Source of the DNA: Candidatus Omnitrophota bacterium
Lineage (GTDB): Bacteria > Omnitrophota > Gorgyraeia > JAFGGP01
Direction of reading: 5' to 3'
Length of the DNA: 64,000 nucleotides
NCBI GenBank assembly: GCA_016930485.1
Contig: JAFGGP010000013.1
Location: forward strand, 217,157-281,156
Shown one piece after another: positions 1 to 10,206 of the stretch (its first letter is position 1; each line of letters starts with the position of its first letter). The notes below the pieces were generated by a model. The model saw only the letters and a list, made by a program, of their open reading frames with translations, was not told where the DNA came from and did no database searches. The translations under genes and the position numbers were made by a program.

Positions 1-203
1 AGACAGCTTTTTAAGGTAATATAGTCCGAATCCCCGATAAAAAATGAGAACAGGTCGGTAAGAACCCGGGCATCCGGGCTATCGGCCATAAGCGGAATAT
101 CGTAGCCGCTCAGAATAAAGCGTCCTTTCGGAAAAAGCGGTTCTTTTCGAAATAGTTCCTTTGCCGCCTGAAATCGCTCTGTATTGCCGAGCTCAACGCT
201 CAT
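1..203 (-). CDS. hypothetical protein, N-terminal part only (ORF runs off the left edge)
   Basis: ATG at 203-201 followed by 67 uninterrupted codons to the window edge (MSVELGNTERFQAAKELFRKEPLFPKGRFILSGYDIPLMADSPDARVLTDLF...). Same strand as all neighbours. No family recognised, and absent from the track because it has no stop in the window. Confidence 0.35.
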   Translation of the reverse strand, partial: MSVELGNTERFQAAKELFRKEPLFPKGRFILSGYDIPLMADSPDARVLTDLFSFFIGDSDYITLKSC

Positions 204-265
204 CTGTATCCAAGGAAGAAAAAAAGAAAAGATGACGACAATAACCGCCAACCACAACACCAGGT

Positions 266-709
266 TCAGCCTTTGGTTGATTGAGAGAATGCCCTGCATG
301 AAAGTACCCCCTGAGCCTGTATCACAATTTCTTTTTCCAACTCATACGAAAGAATGCGCGGCGCCTCCCCTATGGGAACCCACCGCACCTGCGTCACCTC
401 GGGTAAGCCGGGTCTCAACACACCCTTCTTAAAAGCAGTCAGATAGAACACCACATGTTTATATAGCAGGCGTCTCTCCTGTGGCTCTTTATAACGATAA
501 TGAATGAGGCCTATACGACGTATTATTTCTCCTGAAACGCCTGTCTCCTCTCCGAGTTCGCGCAGAGCCGCCTCCTTTGTTGCCTCGTATTGATTAAGCT
601 TGCCTTTCGGCAGACTCCAATGGCCGGTTTTTCTCTTTTTGATAACAGCGATTGCGAGGCCGCGTTTTGATTTTCGGAAAAGAACACAACCGGCGGCAAA
701 TACATGCAT
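266..709 (-). CDS. NUDIX hydrolase
   Basis: Nudix box readable as GKLNQYEATKEAALRELGEETGV (GX5EX7REUXEEXGU). 147 aa is a typical size. Confidence 0.9.
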   Translation of the reverse strand: MHVFAAGCVLFRKSKRGLAIAVIKKRKTGHWSLPKGKLNQYEATKEAALRELGEETGVSGEIIRRIGLIHYRYKEPQERRLLYKHVVFYLTAFKKGVLRPGLPEVTQVRWVPIGEAPRILSYELEKEIVIQAQGVLSCRAFSQSTKG

Positions 710-861
710 AGCAGGTATCTCCCTTCCTAACTGCTTGCCTGACAGAGAGTATCATTCATATGGAAATGTCTCTTTCGAGGTACTAGCTTCCCTGCGAAGA
801 TTTTCATTAAGGTTGGCCGCAAGATACGTTTTCTCGTAGCCAGAGAAACGGCAAAAGAGGC

Positions 862-1533
862 CTAAAAGACATAGCGTATGCTGCACTCTATCTGATCTGA
901 ATCAAAATCGTGAATCCTGTCGACATGCCGCCAACCCAGAGCAACTGTCGCGTGTTCGGTCAATGAAGCGCTACACCCTACACCGACTTCGTTGCGTGTC
1001 GCTTGGCCACGGCGAAAACCAAAGGTCCACTCTTCAAAACAATACAGATTCAGGCGGTTGCAACCGAAGAAACTCTTCCCTATTGGTAAAAGGCCCAGCA
1101 ATCGAGTTTCAGCTTCAAGGGTATCGGGTTCGCACTCTAATAATGCGTATTGGATAGACTCTCCTGCATAAAGCCATGTACATAGCCGATACCCTGCCTC
1201 GCAGCCAACTTCCACCCTGGACCACTGTGCGGGTTCATAGTTATAACGTGTTTCGGTAAAAAGAGATAATCTGATAGGGTTGTTGAGGGGCACGCACAGT
1301 GCCTTCTCGGTGTCGGCAGAAAAACGAACAACAACCTGGTCTTCTTTAGAGTCTTTGCCCTGCACATCGACCCTCAGAGAACCGGTCGCCGAAATCGTCA
1401 AGGGCTCGGCGCACTGCGCTTCCTGACAGACTGAAAACAGATACACATAGCAGAGTAACATCACACTGCCTGTGCGTCTTGCCGCCTCTTTCAGAAAAGG
1501 TAACCTCAAGAATAGCCAAGATAGGCGGGGCAT
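862..1533 (-). CDS. putative outer-membrane beta-barrel protein, function unknown
   Basis: Hydrophobic N-terminus, alternating polar/apolar strands and a C-terminal ...IRYVF aromatic terminus. Start is uncertain (internal Met at 1461 gives a cleaner signal peptide, MLLCYVYLFSVCQEAQCA). Confidence 0.5.
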   Translation of the reverse strand: MPRLSWLFLRLPFLKEAARRTGSVMLLCYVYLFSVCQEAQCAEPLTISATGSLRVDVQGKDSKEDQVVVRFSADTEKALCVPLNNPIRLSLFTETRYNYEPAQWSRVEVGCEAGYRLCTWLYAGESIQYALLECEPDTLEAETRLLGLLPIGKSFFGCNRLNLYCFEEWTFGFRRGQATRNEVGVGCSASLTEHATVALGWRHVDRIHDFDSDQIECSIRYVF

Positions 1534-1546
1534 AATAATACTATTA

Positions 1547-1924
1547 TTAGAGTGATATCTTCTCGGCGATATCCCCTACAACCGGCATCTTCCAGTAATT
1601 GTTCATCAAGACCTGCAGGATACCGGCGAGAGAGAGCAGTCCGAAGACGACTGCAGCGATAACCCAGATAATCTGCCCGAGGACCGGTACAATGTTCAAT
1701 ACCCCCGCCGCCACCCAACCAATAAAAAGTACAAGCCCCTGCTTGCCGTGAAAAAGGGCAAACCGATTGTCCTTCTTCAGAAGTAGCGGTATGAGGCACA
1801 GTACACCGATATATCCGACTATGGCAAAAAACTTCCCTTCCTTAATGACACTATCCACCTCCTGCCGTGGTTCTTTATTGACTGCGTCCCGCTCATCCAT
1901 AACCCCTCCTTTTTTTATAACCAT
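1547..1924 (-). CDS. small multi-pass membrane protein (DUF4870-like)
   Basis: 125 aa with several hydrophobic helices (FFAIVGYIGVLCLIPLLL, GLVLFIGWVAAGVL, IIWVIAAVVFGLLSLAGIL). The family name rests on resemblance only. Confidence 0.6.
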   Translation of the reverse strand: MVIKKGGVMDERDAVNKEPRQEVDSVIKEGKFFAIVGYIGVLCLIPLLLKKDNRFALFHGKQGLVLFIGWVAAGVLNIVPVLGQIIWVIAAVVFGLLSLAGILQVLMNNYWKMPVVGDIAEKISL

Positions 1925-1952
1925 GTTCCGTATGGAATATACCGCGCTTCCC

Positions 1953-3548
1953 CTACCGTTTGATCGGCCGCCGGAGTGCCGGCGGGGCTTTCTTGTCGAT
2001 TAAGCGATAAATCTTGGCAAGGCGTGTCCGAAACAATCTGTCGAACTCGGCATCAGTGCTCGCGCTGTGATCATCGCCATACCACCAGAACCAGTCGCTT
2101 CCCTCGGCTATCATCAGCTCCTGCCACGCCTCTTTCAGTTCCTTCGTATCGCCCGAAGAGCCCCTCTGTGCCTCCCGTAACAACTCACGGACATCCACCA
2201 GATACTTCCAGGCAAGATTTTTCTGCCGGTGCCCGATCCATGTCGCAAAGTTACCGTAAATCCAGCTTCCGGCAAATAGATGCGATATATTCTGGACAGG
2301 GGGGTGTGCTTCGAGAAAATCGGATATACGCACTGTCTGAATATCCTCATCATCCGAAAGGCGCTGATAAAGCGCGACTAAAAAATCCTTGCCGTCGTTG
2401 GGATAATACTCCCATGCATTCTCGCCATCAAGGATAATCGTTACCAGGGATGAAGACGTCTTTTCTTTCAGATATCCCTTGATGTTACGCAGATGCGTCA
2501 AGAGATCGCTAACCGCCTCCTGAGGAGGCCACGTATTATAGACAAAACCTATCCTGTCCGAAAGAATTCTGTCGCGAAATACAGCAGCCATCGTATGCGG
2601 CCCCCGCCTGACGACGGCATACGGCTGAAACAAGATGCCGCTCGATTTTGACACGCCGAGCGAACGGAATAAAATCTCCTCATCGGTCGCAAACCACTGA
2701 AAACCCTCCTGTGAAGCGATGGGGATAAGGTCTTCGCTCACCGAGCCCTCGGAAGGCCACATCCCCTTTGGCCGGACTCCGAACAGTTTTTCATAATACT
2801 CGGCCGCTCGCGCAATATGCCAGCGGGCATCATCGTGGCCGTCAATCAAACGCCTCTTGGGCAGTTTGATGCCCGGTAACGCCACCCGGGCCGATTCCAT
2901 ATTACAGAGAAGTGGAATAATCGGATGGTAATACGGGGTGGTGGTGATTTCGATGGTGCCGCTATCCTGCATTCTCTTGTACGTCGGTATAATTTCCTTG
3001 ATGAGCCTCTGGTGGCAGTTAAGCACATACTCTTTTTCCTGCTCGTCAAAATGCCTCCCTTTTGACCGTATAAAGGCAAGGCGCTCGTCCTCTCCAATAA
3101 AGATAGGGTCTATCCATACCAGATTGTACCAGACAATAAGATCGAGCCAGTCCTGCTTTGTCAAGGCGTCGTTGCGCTGGACCTTGCTGAGAAGCTCCCA
3201 ATAACGGGGATATGGCTTGATCATAGTGTCCCAGTTTGCCATAAAGAAGTTATCCTTCAGCAACTCTTTATCTTTATCGTTGAGACGCCCAGCCTTTTTC
3301 CGGGAGACAATAAGGGCCTTATCGGTCAATGTGCCATTAGCATACCCCTCTATCTGTTCTAACAGAACAGGGGTAAGATTGAAGGTAACCCTTGCCTTTG
3401 GAAAATCATCGAGGATGCGCACCATATCCAGGTAGTCCTTGGTGCCGTGGAGACGAACCCATGGCATGCTAAGCACCCCGCTTTTAGGTTCCCCGTAGTA
3501 CGGCTGGTGCATATGCCAGATAATCGCGACGTTCAGTTTCTGCTGCAT
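1953..3548 (-). CDS. glycoside hydrolase family 57 alpha-glucan-active enzyme
   Basis: N-terminal VAIIWHMHQPYY, DGENAWEYY and WFWWYGDDH are GH57 hallmarks. 531 aa. Confidence 0.85.
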   Translation of the reverse strand: MQQKLNVAIIWHMHQPYYGEPKSGVLSMPWVRLHGTKDYLDMVRILDDFPKARVTFNLTPVLLEQIEGYANGTLTDKALIVSRKKAGRLNDKDKELLKDNFFMANWDTMIKPYPRYWELLSKVQRNDALTKQDWLDLIVWYNLVWIDPIFIGEDERLAFIRSKGRHFDEQEKEYVLNCHQRLIKEIIPTYKRMQDSGTIEITTTPYYHPIIPLLCNMESARVALPGIKLPKRRLIDGHDDARWHIARAAEYYEKLFGVRPKGMWPSEGSVSEDLIPIASQEGFQWFATDEEILFRSLGVSKSSGILFQPYAVVRRGPHTMAAVFRDRILSDRIGFVYNTWPPQEAVSDLLTHLRNIKGYLKEKTSSSLVTIILDGENAWEYYPNDGKDFLVALYQRLSDDEDIQTVRISDFLEAHPPVQNISHLFAGSWIYGNFATWIGHRQKNLAWKYLVDVRELLREAQRGSSGDTKELKEAWQELMIAEGSDWFWWYGDDHSASTDAEFDRLFRTRLAKIYRLIDKKAPPALRRPIKR

Positions 3549-3600
3549 CTATCCCTCTTTCCCTTCTTGTGGTGTTCCTGAATGCACTAAATGAAGTTTC

Positions 3601-3629
3601 AGTATACAAAAAAAACTCTCATTTTGCAA
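3601..3629 (-). promoter_or_regulatory. sigma-70-type promoter candidate for the GH57 gene
   Basis: On the minus strand, TTGCAA (3629-3624), 17-nt spacer, TATACT (3606-3601). It lies directly downstream of the terminator at 3631-3664 and about 50 nt upstream of the ATG at 3548, which has an AGAGGGA Shine-Dalgarno. Confidence 0.5.
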
Positions 3630-3630
3630 T

Positions 3631-3664
3631 AAAAAACCCCCGGCGGAAACCGCCGGGGGTTTTT
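3631..3664 (-). terminator. rho-independent terminator (symmetric, could act on both strands)
   Basis: Perfect 10-bp GC stem cccccggcgg/ccgccggggg (3637-3646 / 3650-3659) with a 3-nt loop. It is flanked by A6 and T5 runs and sits 20 nt after the porin-like gene stop. Confidence 0.85.
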
Positions 3665-3683
3665 AGTAAGGCACAACAAGGTC

Positions 3684-5072
3684 TTAGAAGGTCACCTTCA
3701 TGGTGCCGACCAGATCAAAGGCGGTGTCATTGCCCTTGTTAGCCTCTGTTGTCTCGCCATCATAGTAATCACCAGGAATAAACCAAGCGGCCAGAAGACC
3801 AACCTGAACATCCTCGGTATAGTCATAGATAGCCTGCAGGTCTATTTCATGGCCGATCTCTTCATCGCGATCGGTGAAATATGCCTCGTCGGCCCGGTAA
3901 TAGTTCCACCGTGCGGTGAGCGCAAGATCGTCTATCGGCCTTATTGAGCCAAAAAGCGAAAATTCATGCTGATTGGTCGTGGCAGCCTGATCGTTAGGAT
4001 CGTTGGTGGCATACAGCGTGGTCTGAAAATCGCGAATCGCACTGGTGAAAGAACCGCGATACATCGGATCCCAGCCTTCATAATCGCCACAACCGGCCGC
4101 GCCGTTGGTAGCATCATATGCTTCACCTGAGAAGTATATGTACTCGCCACCCAAGGACGGGGTCCAGTTGGTGTCTGCCCAATTATATTCGGCACCGATA
4201 TCAAGCGCCCATGCCTGACGATCCCTGTCCACATACTCGCTACCGGCATCGTCAACGTCAGCGGCTATTGAGTAGTCACCGAATTGGAAGGCGACTTCGC
4301 CCCAGATCGAGAGATTCTCAATCGGCTCCATGCTGCCGCGCGTACCAAGCGTGTAAACGGTGTTGGTGGCCGGGTCAGCCTCACCGTTGTCACCGTTACC
4401 GCCGTTGACGATGGTGCTGCGGTCTTCTTTTACGAACAGATAGAGCTCTGCCTCTGCATTGTAGTCTTCGAACTGATAACCGACATTGATTCCATACAGA
4501 TCAATATCATCCTCTGATGCCAGGCCATTCTCATCGATCTTTGCCCAGATCATATCAATGGTCCAGGGATCGTAGTCGAGAATCGCACGGATGGCATCAA
4601 ACGCGGTGTAGTCGGTATACTCGTTGGCGCCGAGCGAACCTTCTGGATCAGCAAATCCGGTCAACAAAGCGCTACCAACAATAAAACCTCTTCCATACAC
4701 AACATCCTGACGACCGACAATAACAGTCAGTGGTGAATAGAAGAGTTCTTTCAGTGTAACATTTGCTAAATCAACGCCGAGATCGAGATTGGTAGTGTCG
4801 TTAGCAACTTCCCAGTCTCTCTCATTGACAATTCTTACCTGTGTGGAGACATTGTCAGTCAGGTCAGCATCCACATTGATGCCGAGCTGCTGGGTTAAAT
4901 ACTCATCCACCTCACTATTCGCATCGTCATTATCTTTCAGATCATACTGATCGCGATAGATAGCGCGGAAGGTGAGATCTCCACTAACCTTGACGTTCTG
5001 CACAGCGGCATATGCCGGCACTGAAAGCGCAAGCACAAGTACCAGTGTGCAAAATAGGGTTAGTCTACTCAT
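3684..5072 (-). CDS. outer-membrane porin-like beta-barrel protein
   Basis: Signal peptide MSRLTLFCTLVLVLALSVPAYA/AV. Long Asp/Tyr/Gly/Asn-rich alternating sequence ending ...GTMKVTF. Confidence 0.7.
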   Translation of the reverse strand: MSRLTLFCTLVLVLALSVPAYAAVQNVKVSGDLTFRAIYRDQYDLKDNDDANSEVDEYLTQQLGINVDADLTDNVSTQVRIVNERDWEVANDTTNLDLGVDLANVTLKELFYSPLTVIVGRQDVVYGRGFIVGSALLTGFADPEGSLGANEYTDYTAFDAIRAILDYDPWTIDMIWAKIDENGLASEDDIDLYGINVGYQFEDYNAEAELYLFVKEDRSTIVNGGNGDNGEADPATNTVYTLGTRGSMEPIENLSIWGEVAFQFGDYSIAADVDDAGSEYVDRDRQAWALDIGAEYNWADTNWTPSLGGEYIYFSGEAYDATNGAAGCGDYEGWDPMYRGSFTSAIRDFQTTLYATNDPNDQAATTNQHEFSLFGSIRPIDDLALTARWNYYRADEAYFTDRDEEIGHEIDLQAIYDYTEDVQVGLLAAWFIPGDYYDGETTEANKGNDTAFDLVGTMKVTF

Positions 5073-5287
5073 TATTTCCTCCTTAAAAAAGTTTCTCTAC
5101 GAATTTTATTGGGCCTTCACAGCCCTAACAGGTTTGCCCCCTTCTTTCTTCTGGGGACCTTTGCCCGATTTCTTACTTCTATATGCATCTCATTATAAGG
5201 CATCCTTCCGGCTCTAAAACGCTGTTTCACCCCCTCTCTTGCCATTTTGAGGAACCCTATAATGCTAAGCCCTGCGCAATTTCAAAC

Positions 5288-5316
5288 AGGATATCACAGC
5301 TCTTTTATTCTGTCAA
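5288..5316 (-). promoter_or_regulatory. promoter candidate for the porin-like gene
   Basis: Minus strand TTGACA (5316-5311), 17 nt, TATCCT (5293-5288). This would leave a ~210-nt 5' UTR. Confidence 0.35.
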
Positions 5317-5347
5317 GTATTTTTTGCAGATGTTATCAATAGTGATC

Positions 5348-5827
5348 TTATTCGCCCTTTTTCAATGGTTTGATAATAGAAGAGGCCCTGATGGTGGCCT
5401 TTGGGGCGATGGCCAGGATGAGGCCGGTTTTTGTCTTGCCGCTCTCGATCATAACAATACAGTTCTGGTCCTCTTTTTCGAAGTTGAGCACTCTTCTGCC
5501 GAATTCAATAATATTGACCATGCGCCAGTTATAGAGGGGCATCTGTTCCTTATAAAAGAGGACGAGGCTATCGGCCGAGGTCTTCCCTGTATATCGCAGG
5601 AGTCCTACCCGGGAAAAATCGTTCTGGAAGGCAAAAGACTCTTCAGGCTGAATCTTGAATCCGTACGGCACAGGGATATCGTCAAACCGCAGAAATGACG
5701 CCACTTCCAGTGCTCGCACATCATCCTTTGCACTGGAAGACCGTCTGCCCGGCAAAGAGGCACAACCGGAAAGAAAGCACAGTATGAGGAGCACGCTTAT
5801 GGGTCTGAGAGAAAGTACATATCGCAT
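5348..5827 (-). CDS. lipoprotein, function unknown
   Basis: Lipobox FLSGC after a hydrophobic stretch (MRYVLSLRPISVLLILCFLSGC). AAGGAGG lies 5 nt upstream of the ATG at 5827; the track ORF starts 8 codons earlier, at 5851. Confidence 0.75.
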   Translation of the reverse strand: MRYVLSLRPISVLLILCFLSGCASLPGRRSSSAKDDVRALEVASFLRFDDIPVPYGFKIQPEESFAFQNDFSRVGLLRYTGKTSADSLVLFYKEQMPLYNWRMVNIIEFGRRVLNFEKEDQNCIVMIESGKTKTGLILAIAPKATIRASSIIKPLKKGE

Positions 5828-5851
5828 CGGGTCCTCCTTGCTTTGCCACAT

Positions 5852-5879
5852 ATAATACTATATCGTTAAAATAAATCAA
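5852..5879 (-). promoter_or_regulatory. promoter candidate for the lipoprotein gene
   Basis: Minus strand TTGATT (5879-5874), 16 nt, TATTAT (5857-5852), leaving a short UTR that contains the SD. Confidence 0.35.
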
Positions 5880-5948
5880 GCAAAATTTCTCTTGCAAAAG
5901 AGAACGTCTCAAGCAACCTGCCTGCCTTGCCTCGCCGGCAGGAGGCCC

Positions 5949-5965
5949 ACAGGTTCGATTCCTGC
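5949..5965 (+). repeat. inverted copy of the tRNA-Arg T-arm (tRNA-derived fragment)
   Basis: acaggttcgattcctgc matches the T-arm of the tRNA-Arg gene (6040-6056, opposite strand) at 16 of 17 positions. No matching acceptor, D or anticodon arms are nearby. Confidence 0.6.
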
Positions 5966-6028
5966 CACTACAGAATAATTAGCAATTACATAAGGCAAAA
6001 TACTACATCAAGACTATCGCTCCAGAAA

Positions 6029-6105
6029 TGGTGCCCCAAGCAGGAATCGAACCTGCGACACCAGGTTTAGGAAACCTGTGCTCTATCCTACTGAGCTATT
6101 GGGGC
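6029..6105 (-). tRNA. tRNA-Arg (anticodon CCT)
   Basis: Full cloverleaf by hand: acceptor GCCCCAA/TTGGGGC, D arm GCTC/GAGC, anticodon arm CAGGT-TTCCTAA-ACCTG, T arm GCAGG-TTCGATT-CCTGC, with CCA encoded. 77 nt. Confidence 0.95.
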
Positions 6106-6107
6106 AG

Positions 6108-6644
6108 TTAAAACGTAACTAAAGACTCGACCGGATATCCCTTCAGGCGTTCGCGGCCCTTTAAATCGCTGAGCTCGATTAAAAATACGATGCTGAGAAT
6201 ATCTGCCTGCATGGATTCCAGAAGGTCCACGACCGCCCGCATGGTTCCCCCGGTGGCAAGCAGGTCATCCACAAGAACAACATCCTCGCCGGGCTTAAGC
6301 GCATCTTCATGAATTGCCAGGGTATCGGTGCCATACTCAAGATCGTAGGTAATCTCTTTTGTTGTATAAGGGAGTTTCCCTCTCTTCCTGACAGGGACAA
6401 AACCGCACCCGAGATTCTGCGCAAGGGCACCGCCAAAAATAAATCCCCTCGCCTCGACCGCTACGATTTTCTGCGGCGATAACGGACGGACCCTTTCGGT
6501 AAGAAGCCCCATACACCTGTGAAAGGCCTCCCCGTCTTGAAGGAGTGTTGTGATATCCCGGAAAAGAATCCCTGGTTTCGGAAAATCCGGTATGGCCCTG
6601 ATATAGTCGCTCAGTCGCTCCTCACCCTTTTTTTGATGACCCAC
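6108..6644 (-). CDS. apt: adenine phosphoribosyltransferase
   Basis: IPDFPKPGILFRDIT and the PRPP motif VVLVDDLLATGGT. The start is placed at the GTG at 6644, immediately after the upstream stop (TGAgGTG); the track ORF extends to 6677. Confidence 0.9.
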   Translation of the reverse strand: MGHQKKGEERLSDYIRAIPDFPKPGILFRDITTLLQDGEAFHRCMGLLTERVRPLSPQKIVAVEARGFIFGGALAQNLGCGFVPVRKRGKLPYTTKEITYDLEYGTDTLAIHEDALKPGEDVVLVDDLLATGGTMRAVVDLLESMQADILSIVFLIELSDLKGRERLKGYPVESLVTF

Positions 6645-6645
6645 C

Positions 6646-7482
6646 TCACACACCCCTCTCTTTTTTAAAAAGCACATCCTCTTCTTCTTCGACGATCTTC
6701 CGTAATTTTTTTAATGCCTGAAGCTCTATCTGACGCACGCGTTCGCGGGTAATCCCGAAGTGTTTCGCGGTCTCGCCGAGCGTCTTGCCTTCCCCGTCTT
6801 CGAGCCCGAAACGCAGCTCCAGAATGCGCTTCTCCCGAACGTCCATCAACTCCAGCAACTGATCCAGGCGTTCGCGTTGTAAAAAGACCGCCAGCTCCTC
6901 ACCTGGAGAGGCGATGCTCTGATCCTCGACAATGTCTATAAATTCGCTTGTCCCGTCCTCACCGACCGGCGCATCCAGAGAGGCGGGCCGGCGAACCACC
7001 CTCCTGATCTCCCGCACCTTCTCCGGGTCGACCCCCATCTCCTTGGCTATTTCTTTTACCTTCGGCTTTCTGCCCAGTCGCTGGGTCAGCCGCTCGGTCG
7101 TCTTCTTGCACCGCTGCATCAGTTCGGTCATGTATACAGGGACCCGTATTGTCTTTGCCTGATTGGCGATAGCCCGGGTCACGTATTGCTTAATCCACCA
7201 CGCCGCATAGGTGCTGAACCGATACCCTTTTTCAGGGTTATACTTGCTGACCGCCTTGATCAAACCCAGATTCCCCTCTTCGATCAGGTCCATCAGGGGA
7301 ACGCCGTACTTTGCGTATTTTTTGGCAATATTGATGACGAGGCGCAGGTTTGACCGGATCATGCGCGTCCGGGCCTCCTCGTCTCCCCTGAGTGCCTTCC
7401 GCGACAACTCTACCTCCTCTTCGGGGGTCAGAAGTGGAATATTTTTGATATCCTTGAGATAGAGCTTTATTGGATCAGGCAT
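6646..7482 (-). CDS. sigma-70 family RNA polymerase sigma factor (small RpoD/RpoS-like paralog)
   Basis: Regions 2-4 are readable: DLIEEGNLGLIKAVSKYNPEKGYRFSTYAAWWIKQ, TIRVPVYM and the C-terminal [23 protein letters not shown]. 278 aa. Confidence 0.9.
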   Translation of the reverse strand: MPDPIKLYLKDIKNIPLLTPEEEVELSRKALRGDEEARTRMIRSNLRLVINIAKKYAKYGVPLMDLIEEGNLGLIKAVSKYNPEKGYRFSTYAAWWIKQYVTRAIANQAKTIRVPVYMTELMQRCKKTTERLTQRLGRKPKVKEIAKEMGVDPEKVREIRRVVRRPASLDAPVGEDGTSEFIDIVEDQSIASPGEELAVFLQRERLDQLLELMDVREKRILELRFGLEDGEGKTLGETAKHFGITRERVRQIELQALKKLRKIVEEEEDVLFKKERGV

Positions 7483-7495
7483 AGTCCCTTTCCGA

Positions 7496-10189
7496 TTACT
7501 TGGTTACTGTTGCAAGCGCCTCATCCTTAAGAGCCGCCTGTGCCGCGGCAAGCCGCGCAATGGGCACCCTGAAGGGAGAACAACTGACATAGTTCATACC
7601 CACCTGATGACAGAAATGGACCGAGTTCGGCTCGCCGCCGTGCTCTCCGCAGATCCCTATCTTCAAATGGGGACGGGCTGATCTGCCCCGCGTAACGCCA
7701 AGCTCTATAAGCTGGCCTACACCTTCTTCGTCAATGCGCTGGAACGGATCCCACGGCAATATCCCCTGTTCGACATACCCCGGCAAGAATACGCCGGCAT
7801 CATCACGGCTATAGCCGAAGGTCATCTGGGTAAGGTCGTTGGTCCCGAACGAAAAAAACTCGGCCTGGACCGCCACCTTATCGGCTGTAAGCGCTGCGCG
7901 CGGTATTTCAATCATCGTTCCCACCAGATACTCGACGCTGACCCCCTTTTCAGCAAAGACCTTCTGGGCGGTAGCGCGAATAATCATTGCCTGGTTTTCG
8001 AATTCCTGCACAGTGCCGATTAACGGAACCATAATCTCGGGCAGCACCTTAATTTTCTCTTTGGTCAACTCACAAGCCGCCTCCACAATAGCGCGTGCCT
8101 GCATCTCGGTAATCTCCGGATAGGTAATCCCCAGCCGGCAGCCGCGATGCCCCAGCATCGGATTAAACTCCTTGAGCGATTCCGTCTTCGCCTTTATCTT
8201 ATCCGCCGAAACCTTCATTAGTTTTGCCATTTCCTCGATTTCTTTTTCGGAATGAGGCAAAAACTCATGAAGCGGGGGATCTAAAAGACGGATGGTTACA
8301 GGAAGCCCTTCCATCGCCCGGAAAATCCCGAGAAAATCGGACTTCTGCATCGGCAGAAGTTTTGCCAGTGCCGCGCGCCGTCCGGCCTCGTCGTCCGCCA
8401 GAATCATTTCCCTCATGGCATTGATGCGGTCCCCCTCAAAAAACATATGCTCGGTCCGGCACAGACCGATACCTTCTGCGCCGAAGTCGCGGGCAACCTT
8501 GGCGTCCTTCGGAGTATCGGCATTGGTGCGAACGCCGATGGCACGGATCTTGTCGGCCCACCCCATAAGAATGCTAAAGTCGCCGGAGAGTTCGGGAATG
8601 ATCGTCTTGACCTGGCCCAGCATCACCTCACCGGTGCTGCCGTCAAGAGAAATCCAGTCGCCTGCCTTCACTACCGTCTCACCGACCGTAAATTGGCGTT
8701 TGACATAGTCAATCTCCAGTGCGCCGCAACCGGCCACACAGCACTTGCCCATGCCGCGGGCAACCACAGCCGCGTGTGACGTCATACCGCCGCGTGCCGT
8801 CAAAATGCCCTGCGCAGCATCCATACCGCCGATATCCTCGGGAGAGGTCTCGAGTCTGATCAGAATAACCCTCTCCCCTTTTTCTTTTGCCTCAACCGCC
8901 CGCTCTGCCGTAAAGACAGCCCTTCCGGTAGCCGCGCCTGGTGAAGCAGGCAACCCCTTTGCAAGCACCTTTTTCTCTGCCTTCGGATCAAACATCGGAT
9001 GTAAGAGCTGATCGAGCTGCTCCGGCTTAACGCGCGAAACCGCCGTCTTCTCGTCAATCATGCCCTCTTTGGCCATCTCGACGGCAATGCGGATAGCAGC
9101 AGCCGCCGTCCGTTTGCCGTTACGCGTCTGAAGCATCCACAGCTTTCCTTCCTGAATGGTAAACTCGATATCCTGCATGTCACGGTAATGATCTTCGAGT
9201 TTGTGATAGACCCCTTCGAGCTCTTTATATACACCCGGCATTTCTTCTTCGAGCGACTCTTCATTATCGGAGGTCTTGCCAGCAAGATTTACCGGCTGTG
9301 GTGTACGAATACCGGCCACCACGTCCTCACCCTGTGCATTCTTCAGCCACTCACCGAAAAACCGTTTCTCGCCGGTAGCGGGATCGCGTGTAAATGCAAC
9401 ACCGGTTGCGGAACTCTCCCCCATATTGCCGAACACCATGGTCTGGACATTTACCGCCGTACCCCAGTGTTCGGGAATCTCGTTCAGCTTGCGGTAGGTG
9501 ATGGCGCGTGCGCCGTTCCATGAGCCGAACACCGCGCCGATGGCACCCCACAGCTGATCCATCGGATCATCGGGAAAATCTTTCTTAAAACGCTTCTTAA
9601 TCATGGCCTTGTATTCGCTGACCAGCTCCTTTAAATCCCCGGCAGTTAAATCAGTATCGTTTTTGACGCCGCGACCCTTCTTTTTTTCGTGAATAATAAT
9701 CTCGAACGGATCCACCTCCTCCTCGCTCTCGGCACGGCACTCCATAACCACATCGGCATACATATGGACAAAACGCCGATAACTGTCGTAGGCAAACCGT
9801 TCGTTCGCCGTCTGCTCGATAAGGCCTTTTACCGTCTCGTCATTTAAGCCGAGATTTAATACTGTGTCCATCATGCCGGGCATGGACACACGGGCACCTG
9901 AACGAACGGAAAAAAGTAACGGGTTTTTTACGTCACCGAATTTCCTGCCCATCAGCTTTTCCACCTTTGCCAGGGCATCCAGTACCTGACCCTCGAGTTC
10001 TTCGGGATAGTTTTTGTTGTTCTCGTAATAGGCCGTACAGACCTCGGTCGTAATAGTAAAACCCGGTGGCACCGGAACGCCAAGATTAGACATCTCGGCC
10101 AAATTAGCCCCCTTGCCGCCCAATAAATTCTTCATGTCAGCGCTGCCATCCGCCTTGCCGCCACCGAAGGAATACACATACTTTTTCAC
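7496..10189 (-). CDS. ppdK: pyruvate, phosphate dikinase
   Basis: N-terminal [33 protein letters not shown] and the phosphohistidine region [15 protein letters not shown], plus a PEP-utilising C-terminal domain. 897 aa. Confidence 0.97.
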   Translation of the reverse strand: MKKYVYSFGGGKADGSADMKNLLGGKGANLAEMSNLGVPVPPGFTITTEVCTAYYENNKNYPEELEGQVLDALAKVEKLMGRKFGDVKNPLLFSVRSGARVSMPGMMDTVLNLGLNDETVKGLIEQTANERFAYDSYRRFVHMYADVVMECRAESEEEVDPFEIIIHEKKKGRGVKNDTDLTAGDLKELVSEYKAMIKKRFKKDFPDDPMDQLWGAIGAVFGSWNGARAITYRKLNEIPEHWGTAVNVQTMVFGNMGESSATGVAFTRDPATGEKRFFGEWLKNAQGEDVVAGIRTPQPVNLAGKTSDNEESLEEEMPGVYKELEGVYHKLEDHYRDMQDIEFTIQEGKLWMLQTRNGKRTAAAAIRIAVEMAKEGMIDEKTAVSRVKPEQLDQLLHPMFDPKAEKKVLAKGLPASPGAATGRAVFTAERAVEAKEKGERVILIRLETSPEDIGGMDAAQGILTARGGMTSHAAVVARGMGKCCVAGCGALEIDYVKRQFTVGETVVKAGDWISLDGSTGEVMLGQVKTIIPELSGDFSILMGWADKIRAIGVRTNADTPKDAKVARDFGAEGIGLCRTEHMFFEGDRINAMREMILADDEAGRRAALAKLLPMQKSDFLGIFRAMEGLPVTIRLLDPPLHEFLPHSEKEIEEMAKLMKVSADKIKAKTESLKEFNPMLGHRGCRLGITYPEITEMQARAIVEAACELTKEKIKVLPEIMVPLIGTVQEFENQAMIIRATAQKVFAEKGVSVEYLVGTMIEIPRAALTADKVAVQAEFFSFGTNDLTQMTFGYSRDDAGVFLPGYVEQGILPWDPFQRIDEEGVGQLIELGVTRGRSARPHLKIGICGEHGGEPNSVHFCHQVGMNYVSCSPFRVPIARLAAAQAALKDEALATVTK

Positions 10190-10206
10190 AACATCCTCCT
10201 TTTTTG

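Noticed and set aside
5917-5975. Possible plus-strand tRNA gene, suggested by the T-arm-like caggttcgattcctg
   Set aside because: There is no 5' acceptor strand complementary to the 3' side and no D arm. The only upstream hairpin has a 10-nt loop rather than a 7-nt anticodon loop. It is treated as a tRNA-derived fragment.
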